Below, piece after piece: positions 18,830-29,252 of a DNA stretch of 32,000 nucleotides; the first letter of the stretch is position 1; each line of letters begins with the position of its first letter. The stretch lies in assembly GCF_001457615.1 (NCBI RefSeq), contig NZ_LN831024.1:870001-902000 (forward strand). The letters run 5' to 3'. Made by a program: the position numbers and the translations under genes. Source of the DNA: Pseudomonas aeruginosa. Its GTDB lineage: Bacteria > Pseudomonadota > Gammaproteobacteria > Pseudomonadales > Pseudomonadaceae. Below the pieces are notes generated by a model. The model searched no databases, was not told where the DNA came from, and worked only from the letters and a program-made list of their open reading frames with translations.

Positions 18830-20020
18830 ATGGACAGCACCTCCGAAACCCGCAGCGGCAGCTGGCTGAGCGTGATCGCCCTGGCCCTGGCCGCCTTCAT
18901 CTTCAACACCACGGAGTTCGTCCCGGTCGGCCTGCTCAGCGACATCGGCCACAGCTTCGAGATGCCTACCTCGCAGGTCGGCCTGATGTTGACCATCTAT
19001 GCCTGGGTGGTGTCGCTGGCCTCGTTGCCGATGATGCTGCTGACCCGCAATATCGAGCGGCGCAAGCTGCTGGTCGGGGTATTCCTGCTGTTCATCGCCA
19101 GCCACGTGCTGTCCGGGCTGGCCTGGAGCTTCCAGGTGCTGATGCTCAGCCGGATCGGCATTGCCTTCGCCCACGCGGTGTTCTGGGCCATCACCGCTTC
19201 GCTGGCGGTGCGCGTGGCGCCGCCGGGACAGCAGGCCAAGGCGCTAGGGCTGCTGGCCACCGGCACCACCCTGGCGATGGTCCTGGGCATCCCGCTGGGG
19301 CGGGTGGTTGGCGAGGCCCTGGGCTGGCGTACCACCTTCATGGCCATCGCCGGACTCTCGGTGCTGACCCTGCTCTACCTGGCGCGCTCCCTGCCGCTGC
19401 TGCCAAGCCAGAACTCCGGTTCCCTGCGCAGCCTGCCGATGCTGTTCCGACGCCCGGCGCTGGTTTGCCTGTACGTGCTGACCGTGGTGGTGATCAGCGC
19501 CCAGTTCACCGCCTACAGCTACATCGAGCCCTTCGCCAAGCAGGTGGCGCGGATGAGCGGCGAGGCGACCACCCTGCTGCTGCTGTTGTTCGGCGGCGCC
19601 GGGATCTTCGGTTCGATCCTCTTCAGCCGCTACAGCGAGGCTTTCCCGCGAGGCTTCCTGCTGGCCGCGATCCTCGCCTTGGGCAGCAGCCTGGCGCTGC
19701 TGCTGCCGCTGTCCGCGCAGCCGACCTGGCTGATGGCGCTCAGCCTGCTCTGGGGCATGTCGATCATGTGCTTCGGCCTGGCCCAGCAGTCCCGCGTCCT
19801 GCGCCTCGCCTCGGACGCCACCGACGTGGCCATGGCGCTGTTCTCCGGCCTGTACAACGTCGGCATCGGCGCCGGCGCGCTGCTCGGCAGCGTGGTCAGC
19901 GAACGCATGGGCCTGGCCTCGATCGGCAACGTCGGCGCCGTGCTGGCGCTGGCCGGCCTGCTGCTCGCCCTGTTCGCCGCACTGCGCTACGCGGAGGCGC
20001 TGAAAAGCACGTCGTTGTGA
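18830..20020 (+). CDS. MFS transporter, DHA1 / sugar-efflux (SotB/YdeA-like) type (PA4113-like)
   Basis: Start taken at [40 protein letters not shown] (396 aa). About 12 TM segments. The N-terminal [12 protein letters not shown] motif is typical of the SotB-like subfamily. Confidence 0.88.
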   Translation: MDSTSETRSGSWLSVIALALAAFIFNTTEFVPVGLLSDIGHSFEMPTSQVGLMLTIYAWVVSLASLPMMLLTRNIERRKLLVGVFLLFIASHVLSGLAWSFQVLMLSRIGIAFAHAVFWAITASLAVRVAPPGQQAKALGLLATGTTLAMVLGIPLGRVVGEALGWRTTFMAIAGLSVLTLLYLARSLPLLPSQNSGSLRSLPMLFRRPALVCLYVLTVVVISAQFTAYSYIEPFAKQVARMSGEATTLLLLLFGGAGIFGSILFSRYSEAFPRGFLLAAILALGSSLALLLPLSAQPTWLMALSLLWGMSIMCFGLAQQSRVLRLASDATDVAMALFSGLYNVGIGAGALLGSVVSERMGLASIGNVGAVLALAGLLLALFAALRYAEALKSTSL

Positions 20021-20147
20021 GCGGTCATACCTGGGGTCGGATGATTCGGCGGAGGAATCCGCCCGCTTGATCTAGTCTTCTGTGACGAAAAGGCGCAGGG
20101 AGTGCGGGATTGCCCCGCGCCGGGCCGGCGCAGGGACGGAATATCGG

Positions 20148-23100
20148 GTGAACGTACAACAGAGCAAGTTCAGGCTGAGCCGCTGGGCGGGCGCGACACT
20201 GGCGCTCGGACTGCTGCTGTCCGGGCTGGGCGCCTGGGGGCTGGCGCTGGTCAACGAGCAACAGGCGCGGATGGCGCTGGAACGCGAGGCGGAACTGCTG
20301 GCCGAGGCGGTGACCCGCCGCGTGGAACTCTACCAGTATGGCTTGCGTGGGGTGCGCGGTGCCTTGCTGACGGCGGGCGAGGCGCACATCGACCGCGAAC
20401 TGTTCCGCCGCTACAGCCTGACCCGCGACATCGACCGCGAGTTTCCCGGCGCCCGCGGCTTCGGCTTCATACGCCGGGTGGCGGCCGCCGACGAGGCCGG
20501 GTTCCTGCGCCAGGCGCGGGCCGACGGCCAGCCGGAGTTCCGCATCCAGCAACTGACTCCGCACGATGGCGAGCGCTACGTCATCCAGTACATCGAGCCG
20601 GTGGCGCGCAACGGCCAGGCGTTGGGCCTGGACATCGCCTCGGAAGCCAATCGCCGGGAGGCCGCCCGCGCCGCCCTGGAGACCGGGCAGGTGCGCCTGA
20701 CGGGGCCGATCACCCTGGTCCAGGCCAGCGGCTTGCGCCAGCAATCGTTCCTCATCCTGATGCCGATCTACCGCAGCGGCATCACTCCACCGCCGGGGCC
20801 CCAGCGCGAACTCGAAGGCTTCGGCTGGAGCTATGCGCCGCTGCTGACCGGCGAGGTGCTGGCCGGGTTGCCCATCGACAATGCGGCGATCCACCTCGAA
20901 CTCAGCGACGTCACCGGCGACGGCGCTGCCGTACCCTTCTTCGTCAACGGCGCCGCGGCGCCGGCTCAACGCCTGTTCGGCCACATGCTGCGGCGGGAGA
21001 TCTACGGTCGGCACTGGCAGATGGCGTTCAGCGCACTGCCGCTGTTCGTCCAGCGCCTGCACCAGCCTTCGCCGCGCATCCTGTTCCTGGCCGGCAGCCT
21101 GGTCAGCCTGTTGCTGGCGGCGCTGGTCAACGCCAGCGCCCTCGGCCGCCAGCGCCGGCGTCGGGAGGCGGCGACCCAGGCGCGGCTGGCGGCGATCGTC
21201 GGCAATTCGGCGGACGGCATCATCGGCGTCGGCCTCGACGGCGTCATCAGCGACTGGAATCGCGGGGCCGAGGCGTTGTTCGGCTACCGCGAGGAGCAGG
21301 CGGTCGGGCGGCGGGTGGTGGACCTGCTGGTGCCGCCATCCAAGGAGAACGAGGAACTCGACATCCTCGCCCGCATCGCCCGTAAAGAACAGGTGGTCAG
21401 CTTCGATACCGTGCGCCGGCACCAGGATGGCCACCTGCTCGACGTGGCGGTGACCGTCTCGCCGATCCTCGGTCCGGACGGCGGCGTGGTCGGCGCCTCG
21501 AAGACCGTACGCGACATCTCCGCGAAGAAGGCCGCCGAGGCCCGCATCCGCGAGCTCAATACCGGCCTGGAGCACCAGATCGCCGAGCGTACCGCCGAAC
21601 TGCGTCGGTTGAACGTACTGCTCGGCAGCGTGCTGCAGGCGGCGTCCGAGGTGTCGATCATCACCCTCGACCGCGACGGCATCATCAGCGGCTTCAATCT
21701 CGGTGCCGAGCGGATGCTCGGCTACCGCGCCGACGAGGTGGTCGGCAAGGCCTCGCCGACCCTGCTGCACAGCGAGCGGGAGTTGCTCGCCCGCGGCCAG
21801 GAGCTGGGCGAGGAGGGTTTCCGCGTGCTGGTGGCGCGGGCCGAACAGGAGGGCGCCGAGACCCGCGAATGGACCTATCTGCGCAAGGACGGCTCGCCGC
21901 TCAGCGTGACGCTTTCGGTTACCGTCCTGCGCGACGAGGCTGGGGCGATCAACGGCTACCTGGGCATCGCCGTCGATGTCACCGAATGGCGCAACGCCGA
22001 GCGCGAGATGGCCGCGGCGCGCGACCAGTTGCAAATGGCCGCCGACGTGGCGCGCCTGGGCATCTGGCGCTGGAACCTGGCCGACGACAGCCTGCAGTGG
22101 AACGAGCGCATGTGCGAGCTGTATGGCCAGCCGCTGGCGTTGCGCGACGGCGGCCTGGTCTACGAGCATTGGCGCAGCCGCCTGCATCCGGAAGACCTCG
22201 AGCGCACCGAGGCCAGCCTGCGCGCGGCGGTGGAGGGGCGCGGCAACTACGATGTGATCTTCCGCGTGGTGCTGCCCGACGGCGGCATCCGCTTCATCCA
22301 GGCCGGCGCGCAGGTCGAGCGCGACGCCGACGGCAACCCGCTGCAGGTCACCGGGATCAATATCGATATCACCAGCGACCAGCAACTGCAGGCGCGCCTG
22401 CGCGAGGCCAAGGAGCAGGCGGACGCCGCCAGCGCGGCGAAGTCGTCGTTCCTGGCGAACATGAGCCACGAGATCCGCACGCCGATGAATGCCGTGCTGG
22501 GCATGCTGCAACTGGCCCGGCAGACCGATCTCAACGAACGCCAGCGCGACTACCTGGACAAGGCCAGCTCGGCGGCAACCTCGTTGCTCGGCCTGCTCAA
22601 CGACATCCTCGACTACTCGAAGATCGAGGCCGGCAAACTGGTCCTGGAAATGCTCCCCTTCGAGCTGGAGCCGCTGATGCAGGACCTGGCCGTGGTGCTC
22701 TCCGGCAACCAGGGCGACAAGGACGTCGAGGTGATCTTCGACATCGATCCCGAGCTGCCCAGCGCGGTGGTCGGCGACCGCCTGCGCCTGCAGCAGATCC
22801 TCATCAACCTGGCCGGCAACGCACTGAAGTTCACCGCCCGCGGGCACGTCCTGGTGAGCTTGCGGCGTCTGGCGCACGACGCCCACCTGGTGCGCCTGCG
22901 GGTGCTGGTGGCGGACACCGGCATCGGCATCAGCGCGGAACAGCAGCAGCGCATCTTCGAAGGTTTCACCCAGGCCGAGGCGTCCACCTCGCGACGCTTC
23001 GGCGGCACCGGCCTCGGCCTGTTCATATGCAAACGCCTGGTCGACCTGATGGGCGGTGAATTGCGGGTCGAGAGCGCGCCGGGCAGCGGTAGCCGGTTCT

Positions 23101-24401
23101 GGTTCGACCTGGACCTCGACGTCGCCCACGACCAACCGCTGCGTGCGGCCTGCCCCGGGGCCGGCGAACCGCTGCGGCTGCTGGTGGCGGACGACAACCT
23201 GGTAGCCGGCGAGCTGCTCGAACGCACGGTCGGCGCCCTCGGCTGGCGCGCCGACTGCGTCGGCAGCGGCAGCGAGGCGGTGGCGCGGGTCCAGGCGGCG
23301 ATGGCCGAGGGCCGTCGCTACGACGTGGTGCTGATGGATTGGCGCATGCCCGATCTCGACGGCCTCAGCGCGGCGCAACTGATCCGCCAGTTGCAGGGCG
23401 ACCTGCCGCCGCCCATGGTGATCATGATCACCGCCTATGGCCGCGAGGTGCTGGCCGATGCGCGCGACCACAGCGCGCCGCCCTTCGTCGATTTTCTCAC
23501 CAAGCCGGTCACGCCCAAGCAACTGGCCGACTCGGTGCTGCATGCGTTGCACGGCGAACAGGGCGCCCCGGCCAACCCGCCGCCGCGCCCGGTGGAGCGC
23601 ACCCAGCGGTTGCGGGGCGTGCGTCTGCTGGTAGTGGAGGACAACGCGCTGAACCGCCAGGTCGCCGCCGAGCTGTTGAGCAGCGAGGGCGCCCGGGTGG
23701 CCCTCGCCGACGGCGGGCTGGCGGGCGTTCAGCAGGTGCTGGAGGCGAGCGTGCCGTTCGACGCGGTGCTGATGGACATGCAGATGCCGGATATCGATGG
23801 TCTCGAGGCGACCCGGAGAATCCGCGCCGACGGGCGCTTCGCCGGGCTGCCGATCCTGGCCATGACCGCCAACGCCTCGCTGGCCGACCGCGAAGCCTGC
23901 CTGGCGGCGGGCATGAACGACCATGTGGCGAAGCCGATCGACAAGGAGCGCCTGGTGCTTTGCCTGCTCGGTCATCTCGGCAGGAGCGGCGCCAGGGGCG
24001 CGCCGGCAACGGCAGCGGACGCGGGCGAACTGGTCGAGGCGCGGGGCGATATCGTCGGGCGTTTCGGCGGCAGCCTGGAGCTGATCGTCCAGGTGTTGCG
24101 GCGCTTCGTTCCGGACATGCAGGACCTCTTCGCCCAGCTCGAACGCCAGCTCGGCGAGGGCGATGTCCAGGGCAGCGCCGCGACCCTGCATACCATCAAG
24201 GGCAGCGCTTCCACCGTTGGCGCCAGCGCCCTGGCCGGCCGTGCCAGCGAGCTGGAGCAGGCCCTGCGCCGCGCCGATCCGCTGCGCGGCATGGAAATCC
24301 TCGCCGGCATCCGCCTCGACGAACTGCGCACCCTGTGCGATGCCTGCCTGCTCCGCCTGCAGGCGATGTTCGGCGACGTGCAGGCGGAGTCGGCGAGCTG
24401 A
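20148..24401 (+). CDS. Hybrid sensor histidine kinase: CHASE - TM - PAS x3 - HisKA/HATPase - REC x2 - Hpt (PA4112-like)
   Basis: - Start: GTG at 20148 (VNVQQSKFRLSRWAGATLALGLLL, N-terminal TM) is preferred; the GTG at 20082 is an alternative.
- Sensor: periplasmic CHASE-like region (YIEPVARNGQALGLDIASE), a second TM and three PAS repeats.
- Kinase core: H-box SHEIRTPMN and G-box GTGLGLFICKRL.
- Receivers: DWRMPDLDG and DMQMPDIDG.
- Hpt: HTIKGSASTVGA. Confidence 0.92.
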   Translation: MNVQQSKFRLSRWAGATLALGLLLSGLGAWGLALVNEQQARMALEREAELLAEAVTRRVELYQYGLRGVRGALLTAGEAHIDRELFRRYSLTRDIDREFPGARGFGFIRRVAAADEAGFLRQARADGQPEFRIQQLTPHDGERYVIQYIEPVARNGQALGLDIASEANRREAARAALETGQVRLTGPITLVQASGLRQQSFLILMPIYRSGITPPPGPQRELEGFGWSYAPLLTGEVLAGLPIDNAAIHLELSDVTGDGAAVPFFVNGAAAPAQRLFGHMLRREIYGRHWQMAFSALPLFVQRLHQPSPRILFLAGSLVSLLLAALVNASALGRQRRRREAATQARLAAIVGNSADGIIGVGLDGVISDWNRGAEALFGYREEQAVGRRVVDLLVPPSKENEELDILARIARKEQVVSFDTVRRHQDGHLLDVAVTVSPILGPDGGVVGASKTVRDISAKKAAEARIRELNTGLEHQIAERTAELRRLNVLLGSVLQAASEVSIITLDRDGIISGFNLGAERMLGYRADEVVGKASPTLLHSERELLARGQELGEEGFRVLVARAEQEGAETREWTYLRKDGSPLSVTLSVTVLRDEAGAINGYLGIAVDVTEWRNAEREMAAARDQLQMAADVARLGIWRWNLADDSLQWNERMCELYGQPLALRDGGLVYEHWRSRLHPEDLERTEASLRAAVEGRGNYDVIFRVVLPDGGIRFIQAGAQVERDADGNPLQVTGINIDITSDQQLQARLREAKEQADAASAAKSSFLANMSHEIRTPMNAVLGMLQLARQTDLNERQRDYLDKASSAATSLLGLLNDILDYSKIEAGKLVLEMLPFELEPLMQDLAVVLSGNQGDKDVEVIFDIDPELPSAVVGDRLRLQQILINLAGNALKFTARGHVLVSLRRLAHDAHLVRLRVLVADTGIGISAEQQQRIFEGFTQAEASTSRRFGGTGLGLFICKRLVDLMGGELRVESAPGSGSRFWFDLDLDVAHDQPLRAACPGAGEPLRLLVADDNLVAGELLERTVGALGWRADCVGSGSEAVARVQAAMAEGRRYDVVLMDWRMPDLDGLSAAQLIRQLQGDLPPPMVIMITAYGREVLADARDHSAPPFVDFLTKPVTPKQLADSVLHALHGEQGAPANPPPRPVERTQRLRGVRLLVVEDNALNRQVAAELLSSEGARVALADGGLAGVQQVLEASVPFDAVLMDMQMPDIDGLEATRRIRADGRFAGLPILAMTANASLADREACLAAGMNDHVAKPIDKERLVLCLLGHLGRSGARGAPATAADAGELVEARGDIVGRFGGSLELIVQVLRRFVPDMQDLFAQLERQLGEGDVQGSAATLHTIKGSASTVGASALAGRASELEQALRRADPLRGMEILAGIRLDELRTLCDACLLRLQAMFGDVQAESAS

Positions 24402-24471
24402 ACCCCGGCGCGGTGGCCAGTCCCGCCAAGGATTCAGGCGGACCCGGGGCTCGCCTGCATCCGCTGCGGCC

Positions 24472-24505
24472 TGTAGGGCGAATAACGCCATGGGCGTTAT
24501 CCGCC
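24472..24505. repeat. REP (repetitive extragenic palindrome) element
   Basis: TGTAGGGCGAATAACGCCATGGGCGTTATCCGCC: an imperfect palindrome of the P. aeruginosa GTAGGGCGGATAACGC...GCGTTATCCGCC type. It sits between the convergent kinase gene and the 132-aa ORF. Confidence 0.7.
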
Positions 24506-24564
24506 GATACTCCTGAAGCCCGCCCAGGTCTTGAGCGACATCCTCTTCCTGTCGTTCAGTACCT

Positions 24565-24963
24565 TCAGGCGTCGCGCAGCAGGTCATGGGCGTTGAGCAG
24601 GGCGTAGGCGACTTCCGGGCGCTTCTCCAGGCCGCGGCGGATGGCGGCGGGAATCGCCTGGCGGGTCTTGCGGCAGAGCCCCGGCTGCTCCTCGAAGCGC
24701 ATGCGGATGCCGCGCATGCTGCGCACCTCGCCGAAGGCCGGGGCGATCCGCAGGCGGATGCCCAGTTGTTCCTCCATGCGCCGCAGCAGGTGTTCCAGGT
24801 CTTCCAGGCTGCGCAGGGCTTCCAGGCGAGCGGCCAGGCGCTGCTCTTCCTGGCGGGTCAGGAGGAGGATGCGACGGTCCGCGCCGGGCGCCTCCAGGCG
24901 CTCGCGTTCGCAGACGCAGGCGCCGGGCGGGCAGGGCTGGCGGAGGGGCGGGGAAGCGCTCAT
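24565..24963 (-). CDS. Conserved hypothetical protein (PA4111-like), 132 aa
   Basis: Strong GC3 bias across the whole frame, for example CTG GAA GCC CTG CGC AGC CTG GAA GAC CTG. The N-terminal PCPPGACVCERE is followed by a predicted helical Arg/Glu-rich region. The SD is weak, so the start is uncertain. Same strand as ampC, 64 nt downstream. Confidence 0.6.
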   Translation of the reverse strand: MSASPPLRQPCPPGACVCERERLEAPGADRRILLLTRQEEQRLAARLEALRSLEDLEHLLRRMEEQLGIRLRIAPAFGEVRSMRGIRMRFEEQPGLCRKTRQAIPAAIRRGLEKRPEVAYALLNAHDLLRDA

Positions 24964-25027
24964 GGCACCATCATAGCCAGGACCGGCGTCCCGCGCCGCT
25001 ACGCTCCGTCGCCCTCGCGAGCGCGCT

Positions 25028-26347
<1,320 letters not shown>

Positions 26348-26353
26348 TTAGAA

Positions 26354-26367
26354 AAATTTGGAGCAGA
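26354..26367. promoter_or_regulatory. Putative AmpR (LysR-type) binding box in the ampC-ampR intergenic region
   Basis: AAATTTGGAGCAGA, whose reverse complement is TCTGCTCCAAATTT. This matches the AmpR box reported for the P. aeruginosa ampC promoter, from memory. It overlaps the ampR SD (GGAG at 26360-26363). Confidence 0.55.
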
Positions 26368-26369
26368 GA

Positions 26370-27260
26370 TTGGTTCGACCCCATTTGCCGCTGAACGCCC
26401 TGCGCGCCTTCGAAGCTTCGGCCCGGCACCTGAGCTTCACCCGCGCGGCCATCGAGCTGTGCGTGACCCAGGCGGCGGTCAGCCACCAGGTGAAGAGCCT
26501 CGAGGAGCGTCTCGGCGTGGCCCTGTTCAAGCGTCTGCCGCGCGGCCTCATGCTGACCCACGAGGGCGAGAGCCTGCTGCCGGTGCTGTGTGACTCCTTC
26601 GACCGCATCGCCGGCCTGCTGGAACGTTTCGAGGGTGGCCACTACCGGGACGTGCTCACCGTCGGCGCGGTCGGAACCTTCACGGTCGGTTGGCTGCTGC
26701 CGCGGCTGGAGGACTTCCAGGCGCGCCATCCCTTCATCGATCTGCGCCTGTCCACCCACAACAACCGCGTCGACATCGCCGCCGAGGGGCTCGACTACGC
26801 GATCCGCTTCGGCGGCGGCGCCTGGCACGGCACCGAGGCGCTGGCGTTGTTCGAGGCGCCGCTGACGGTGCTCTGCTGCCCGGAGGTCGCCGCCCAGTTG
26901 CACAGTCCCGCCGACCTGCTGCAGCACACCCTGCTGCGCTCCTACCGCGCCGACGAGTGGCCGCTGTGGTTCCAGGCGGCCGGACTGCCGGCGCACGCGC
27001 CACTGACCCGGAGCATCGTCTTCGACACCTCGCTGGCCATGCTCGAGGCGGCCCGCCAGGGTGTCGGCGTGGCCCTGGCGCCGGCGGCGATGTTTGCCCG
27101 GCAACTGGCCAGCGAGAGCATCCGGCGTCCGTTCGCCACCGAAGTGAGTACCGGCAGCTACTGGCTGACGCGCTTGCAGTCGCGGGGGGAGACCAGCGCG
27201 ATGCTGGCGTTCAGGGAGTGGTTGCTGGAGAGGGCTGCCGTTGAGGCGCGGGGGAGATAA
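26370..27260 (+). CDS. ampR: LysR-type transcriptional regulator of ampC
   Basis: TTG start at 26370 gives (M)VRPHLPLNALRAFEASARHLSFTRAAIELCVTQAAVSHQVKSLEERLG (296 aa), with GGAG 6 nt upstream. The track ORF begins 4 codons earlier, at the TTG at 26358. Divergent from ampC. D135 and G154 are unaltered. Confidence 0.95.
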   Translation: MVRPHLPLNALRAFEASARHLSFTRAAIELCVTQAAVSHQVKSLEERLGVALFKRLPRGLMLTHEGESLLPVLCDSFDRIAGLLERFEGGHYRDVLTVGAVGTFTVGWLLPRLEDFQARHPFIDLRLSTHNNRVDIAAEGLDYAIRFGGGAWHGTEALALFEAPLTVLCCPEVAAQLHSPADLLQHTLLRSYRADEWPLWFQAAGLPAHAPLTRSIVFDTSLAMLEAARQGVGVALAPAAMFARQLASESIRRPFATEVSTGSYWLTRLQSRGETSAMLAFREWLLERAAVEARGR

Positions 27261-27276
27261 CGGTTATGCAGGCGAT

Positions 27277-27663
27277 TCAAGTGTCGATGAAGAAGTAATC
27301 ACCTTCCTCGCGCCTTTCTTTATACGCTCGGGCTCTCCCAAGGTTGATACGGTTTGAGGCGTTGGGGTTGTGATTGGAATTGCTGACGGCGTGGTGGATA
27401 TGGACCGGCTCGTCGGCGTTGCTGATCGCTCCGCTAAGCGTCACTCCCAGGCTGGCGGCATAGGCCCGGCGTGCCGCAACGATCTCGCTCTCGAGCATGC
27501 CTGCTTTCCCTGCTGCGGCAACGACGGCAAGTTCGCATAGGCGGCCAGCCTTCCTCGGGGAAACCCTCAGGTCGGCGCCTGCGGACCACAGGGCAAGCAG
27601 CGCTTTGGATGGAGCACAGCCATTTCTGCTGCGCTCTTCGATTGTCTCCAGGAGCGGACTCAT
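27277..27663 (-). CDS. Orphan hypothetical protein, 128 aa, with atypical composition
   Basis: ATG preceded by AGAGG (4-nt spacer). A sigma70-like TTGCTT-N16-GATACT lies on the minus strand (27725-27720 / 27703-27698). By my hand count GC3 is only about two thirds, clearly lower than the neighbouring genes by eye. I recognise no family motif. Confidence 0.45.
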   Translation of the reverse strand: MSPLLETIEERSRNGCAPSKALLALWSAGADLRVSPRKAGRLCELAVVAAAGKAGMLESEIVAARRAYAASLGVTLSGAISNADEPVHIHHAVSNSNHNPNASNRINLGRARAYKERREEGDYFFIDT

Positions 27664-27754
27664 ATGGCCTCTTGAAAACTGTCGGTGGATTGCCAGCAGT
27701 ATCGACGATGGTGCGCTTAAAGCAATGCGGAGCAGGCGGAGATTGTGGCGAAAC

Positions 27755-27786
27755 GGCGGATAACGCTTCGCGTTATGCGCCCTACG
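27755..27786. repeat. REP element
   Basis: GGCGGATAACGCTTCGCGTTATGCGCCCTACG: the same REP family as 24472 and 31535, with one stem mismatch. It lies just beyond the HD-GYP gene stop. Confidence 0.65.
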
Positions 27787-27816
27787 GGAGCGGTGCCCGG
27801 CGTTGCCGGCGGAAGG

Positions 27817-29061
27817 CTACGGCTTTTCGGTTCCCGCGTCGAAATACGATCCGCCGTTGCTCGGCAGTCCCGTCCACATCTCGTCGAGATTGCGGAAGTT
27901 CCAGGCCTCCGCCGGCTCGAAGCCGACGATTCGGTCGGTCTGTCCGGCCCTACCCAGGTCTATCACCTGCTGCGGGATCGGCACCTTCGAGCGGGCCGAG
28001 AAGAATACCTTGACCCGTGGCGTCAGCAGCGAGCGGCCGTGTTGCTCGAGGACCACGCCGAGGCGCCCGCTTTCCAGCCTGACCAGCGCGCCGACCGGGT
28101 AGATGCCCACTGCCTTGACGAAGGCGCGGAACACCTGCGGGTCGAAGTGCCCGTTCCATTCGGCCATGCGCCGGATCGCCTCGGCGGCGTTCCAGCCCTT
28201 CTTGTAGGGACGGTCGGAGGTGATCGCGTCGTAGACGTCGCACACCGCGCCCATTCGCGCCAGCAGGCTGATCTGCTCCTGCGCCAGGCCGAAGGGGTAG
28301 CCGGTGCCGTCGATGCGCTCGTGGTGGTGCAGGCAGACATCCACCACCAGGGCGCTGACCTGGCGGCAATCGAGCAGCATCCGCGCGCCGTTCTGCGGAT
28401 GCCGGCGAACCAGGCCGAACTCCGGGTCGGTGAGCTTGCCGGGCTTGTTCAGGATCGGATCGGGCACCGCCATCTTGCCGATGTCGTGCAGCAGCCCGGC
28501 CAGCCCCGCCTCGCGTACCAGCGGGTCGGGCAGTTCGAGCTGGCGGGCGAGGGCGATCATCAGCGCACAGACCGCCACCGAATGCATGTAGGTGTATTCA
28601 TCCGAGGTCTTCAGCCGTACCAGGCTGAGCAGCGCGTTGGGATGGCGCAGCACCGAGGCGGAGATTTCGTCCACCAGGTCCGATGCATGCGCGGTATCGA
28701 TGGCCTGGCCCATGCGCGCGTCGCGGAACATGCTGACCACGGCGGCCTTGGCACGGCTGCAGAGCAGGGCGGCGTGGCGGATTTCCTCCTCCAGGGCGAC
28801 CCGCGCCGGCGAAGGGCCGGCCGGCATGGTGACCGGCAGGACCGCAGCGGCCGAGACCGCCGCTTCCTCCGGGAGGTCGAGGCCCTTGCTGGCATCGATC
28901 CAGACTTCCTTCACGGCGCTTTCGCGCAGGCGCTGCAGGTCGGCCTGGCTGTCGAGCAGGAAGCCACCTCTTTTCCAGAACGGGTGGTCCAGCCACGAGC
29001 CGCAAAGGCTCTGGACGAACATACCGAGGCGAAGCTGGGTTACCGGAATGCGTTTCAGCAC
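27817..29061 (-). CDS. HD-GYP domain cyclic-di-GMP phosphodiesterase with an N-terminal DUF3391-like domain (PA4108-like)
   Basis: 414 aa, GTG start. MLKRIPVTQLRLGMFVQSLCGSWLDHPFW is the DUF3391-type N-terminus. The HD motif LLHDIGK and the GYP motif HHERIDGTGYP are present. Confidence 0.93.
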   Translation of the reverse strand: MLKRIPVTQLRLGMFVQSLCGSWLDHPFWKRGGFLLDSQADLQRLRESAVKEVWIDASKGLDLPEEAAVSAAAVLPVTMPAGPSPARVALEEEIRHAALLCSRAKAAVVSMFRDARMGQAIDTAHASDLVDEISASVLRHPNALLSLVRLKTSDEYTYMHSVAVCALMIALARQLELPDPLVREAGLAGLLHDIGKMAVPDPILNKPGKLTDPEFGLVRRHPQNGARMLLDCRQVSALVVDVCLHHHERIDGTGYPFGLAQEQISLLARMGAVCDVYDAITSDRPYKKGWNAAEAIRRMAEWNGHFDPQVFRAFVKAVGIYPVGALVRLESGRLGVVLEQHGRSLLTPRVKVFFSARSKVPIPQQVIDLGRAGQTDRIVGFEPAEAWNFRNLDEMWTGLPSNGGSYFDAGTEKP

Positions 29062-29174
29062 GATGGGCTCGACCTCGAGACTGGGCCAGGTGGCTGTCTC
29101 CTAACGGTAGCCGAGATGGGCCGGCGGGAGTGAGAGATGCCCGGCACTTCGTCGGCATGCCCGCGCTCGATTGC

Positions 29175-29252
29175 GTATCGCTTTGTATCCATGCGCGGTT
29201 TCGATACCTCCGGCGTACAAATCCACGTGTCGGGCGATACACCCCCGATACA
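29175..29252. promoter_or_regulatory. Phased GTATC/GATAC pentamer repeats in the HD-GYP / efhP divergent promoter region
   Basis: GTATC occurs at 29175 and 29185 (10-bp spacing). GATAC occurs at 29203, then CGATACA at 29235 and 29246 (11-bp spacing). That is five copies of one pentamer or its complement within 78 bp of GC-rich DNA. Confidence 0.3.

Noticed and set aside
20025-24587. A 1520-aa ORF on the minus strand, the longest in the track
   Set aside because: It is the exact antisense shadow of the hybrid sensor kinase gene. Its translation is Ala/Arg/Gly/Gln-rich low-complexity sequence with no recognisable motif. The plus-strand frame carries a complete, ordered set of CHASE, PAS, HK, REC and Hpt signatures. 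Stop-poor antisense frames are expected at this GC content.
26370-27260. AmpR checked for substitutions associated with constitutive AmpC hyperproduction
   Set aside because: Residues D135 and G154 are unchanged by my count, so nothing in this window predicts derepression. Changes in ampD or dacB cannot be assessed here.
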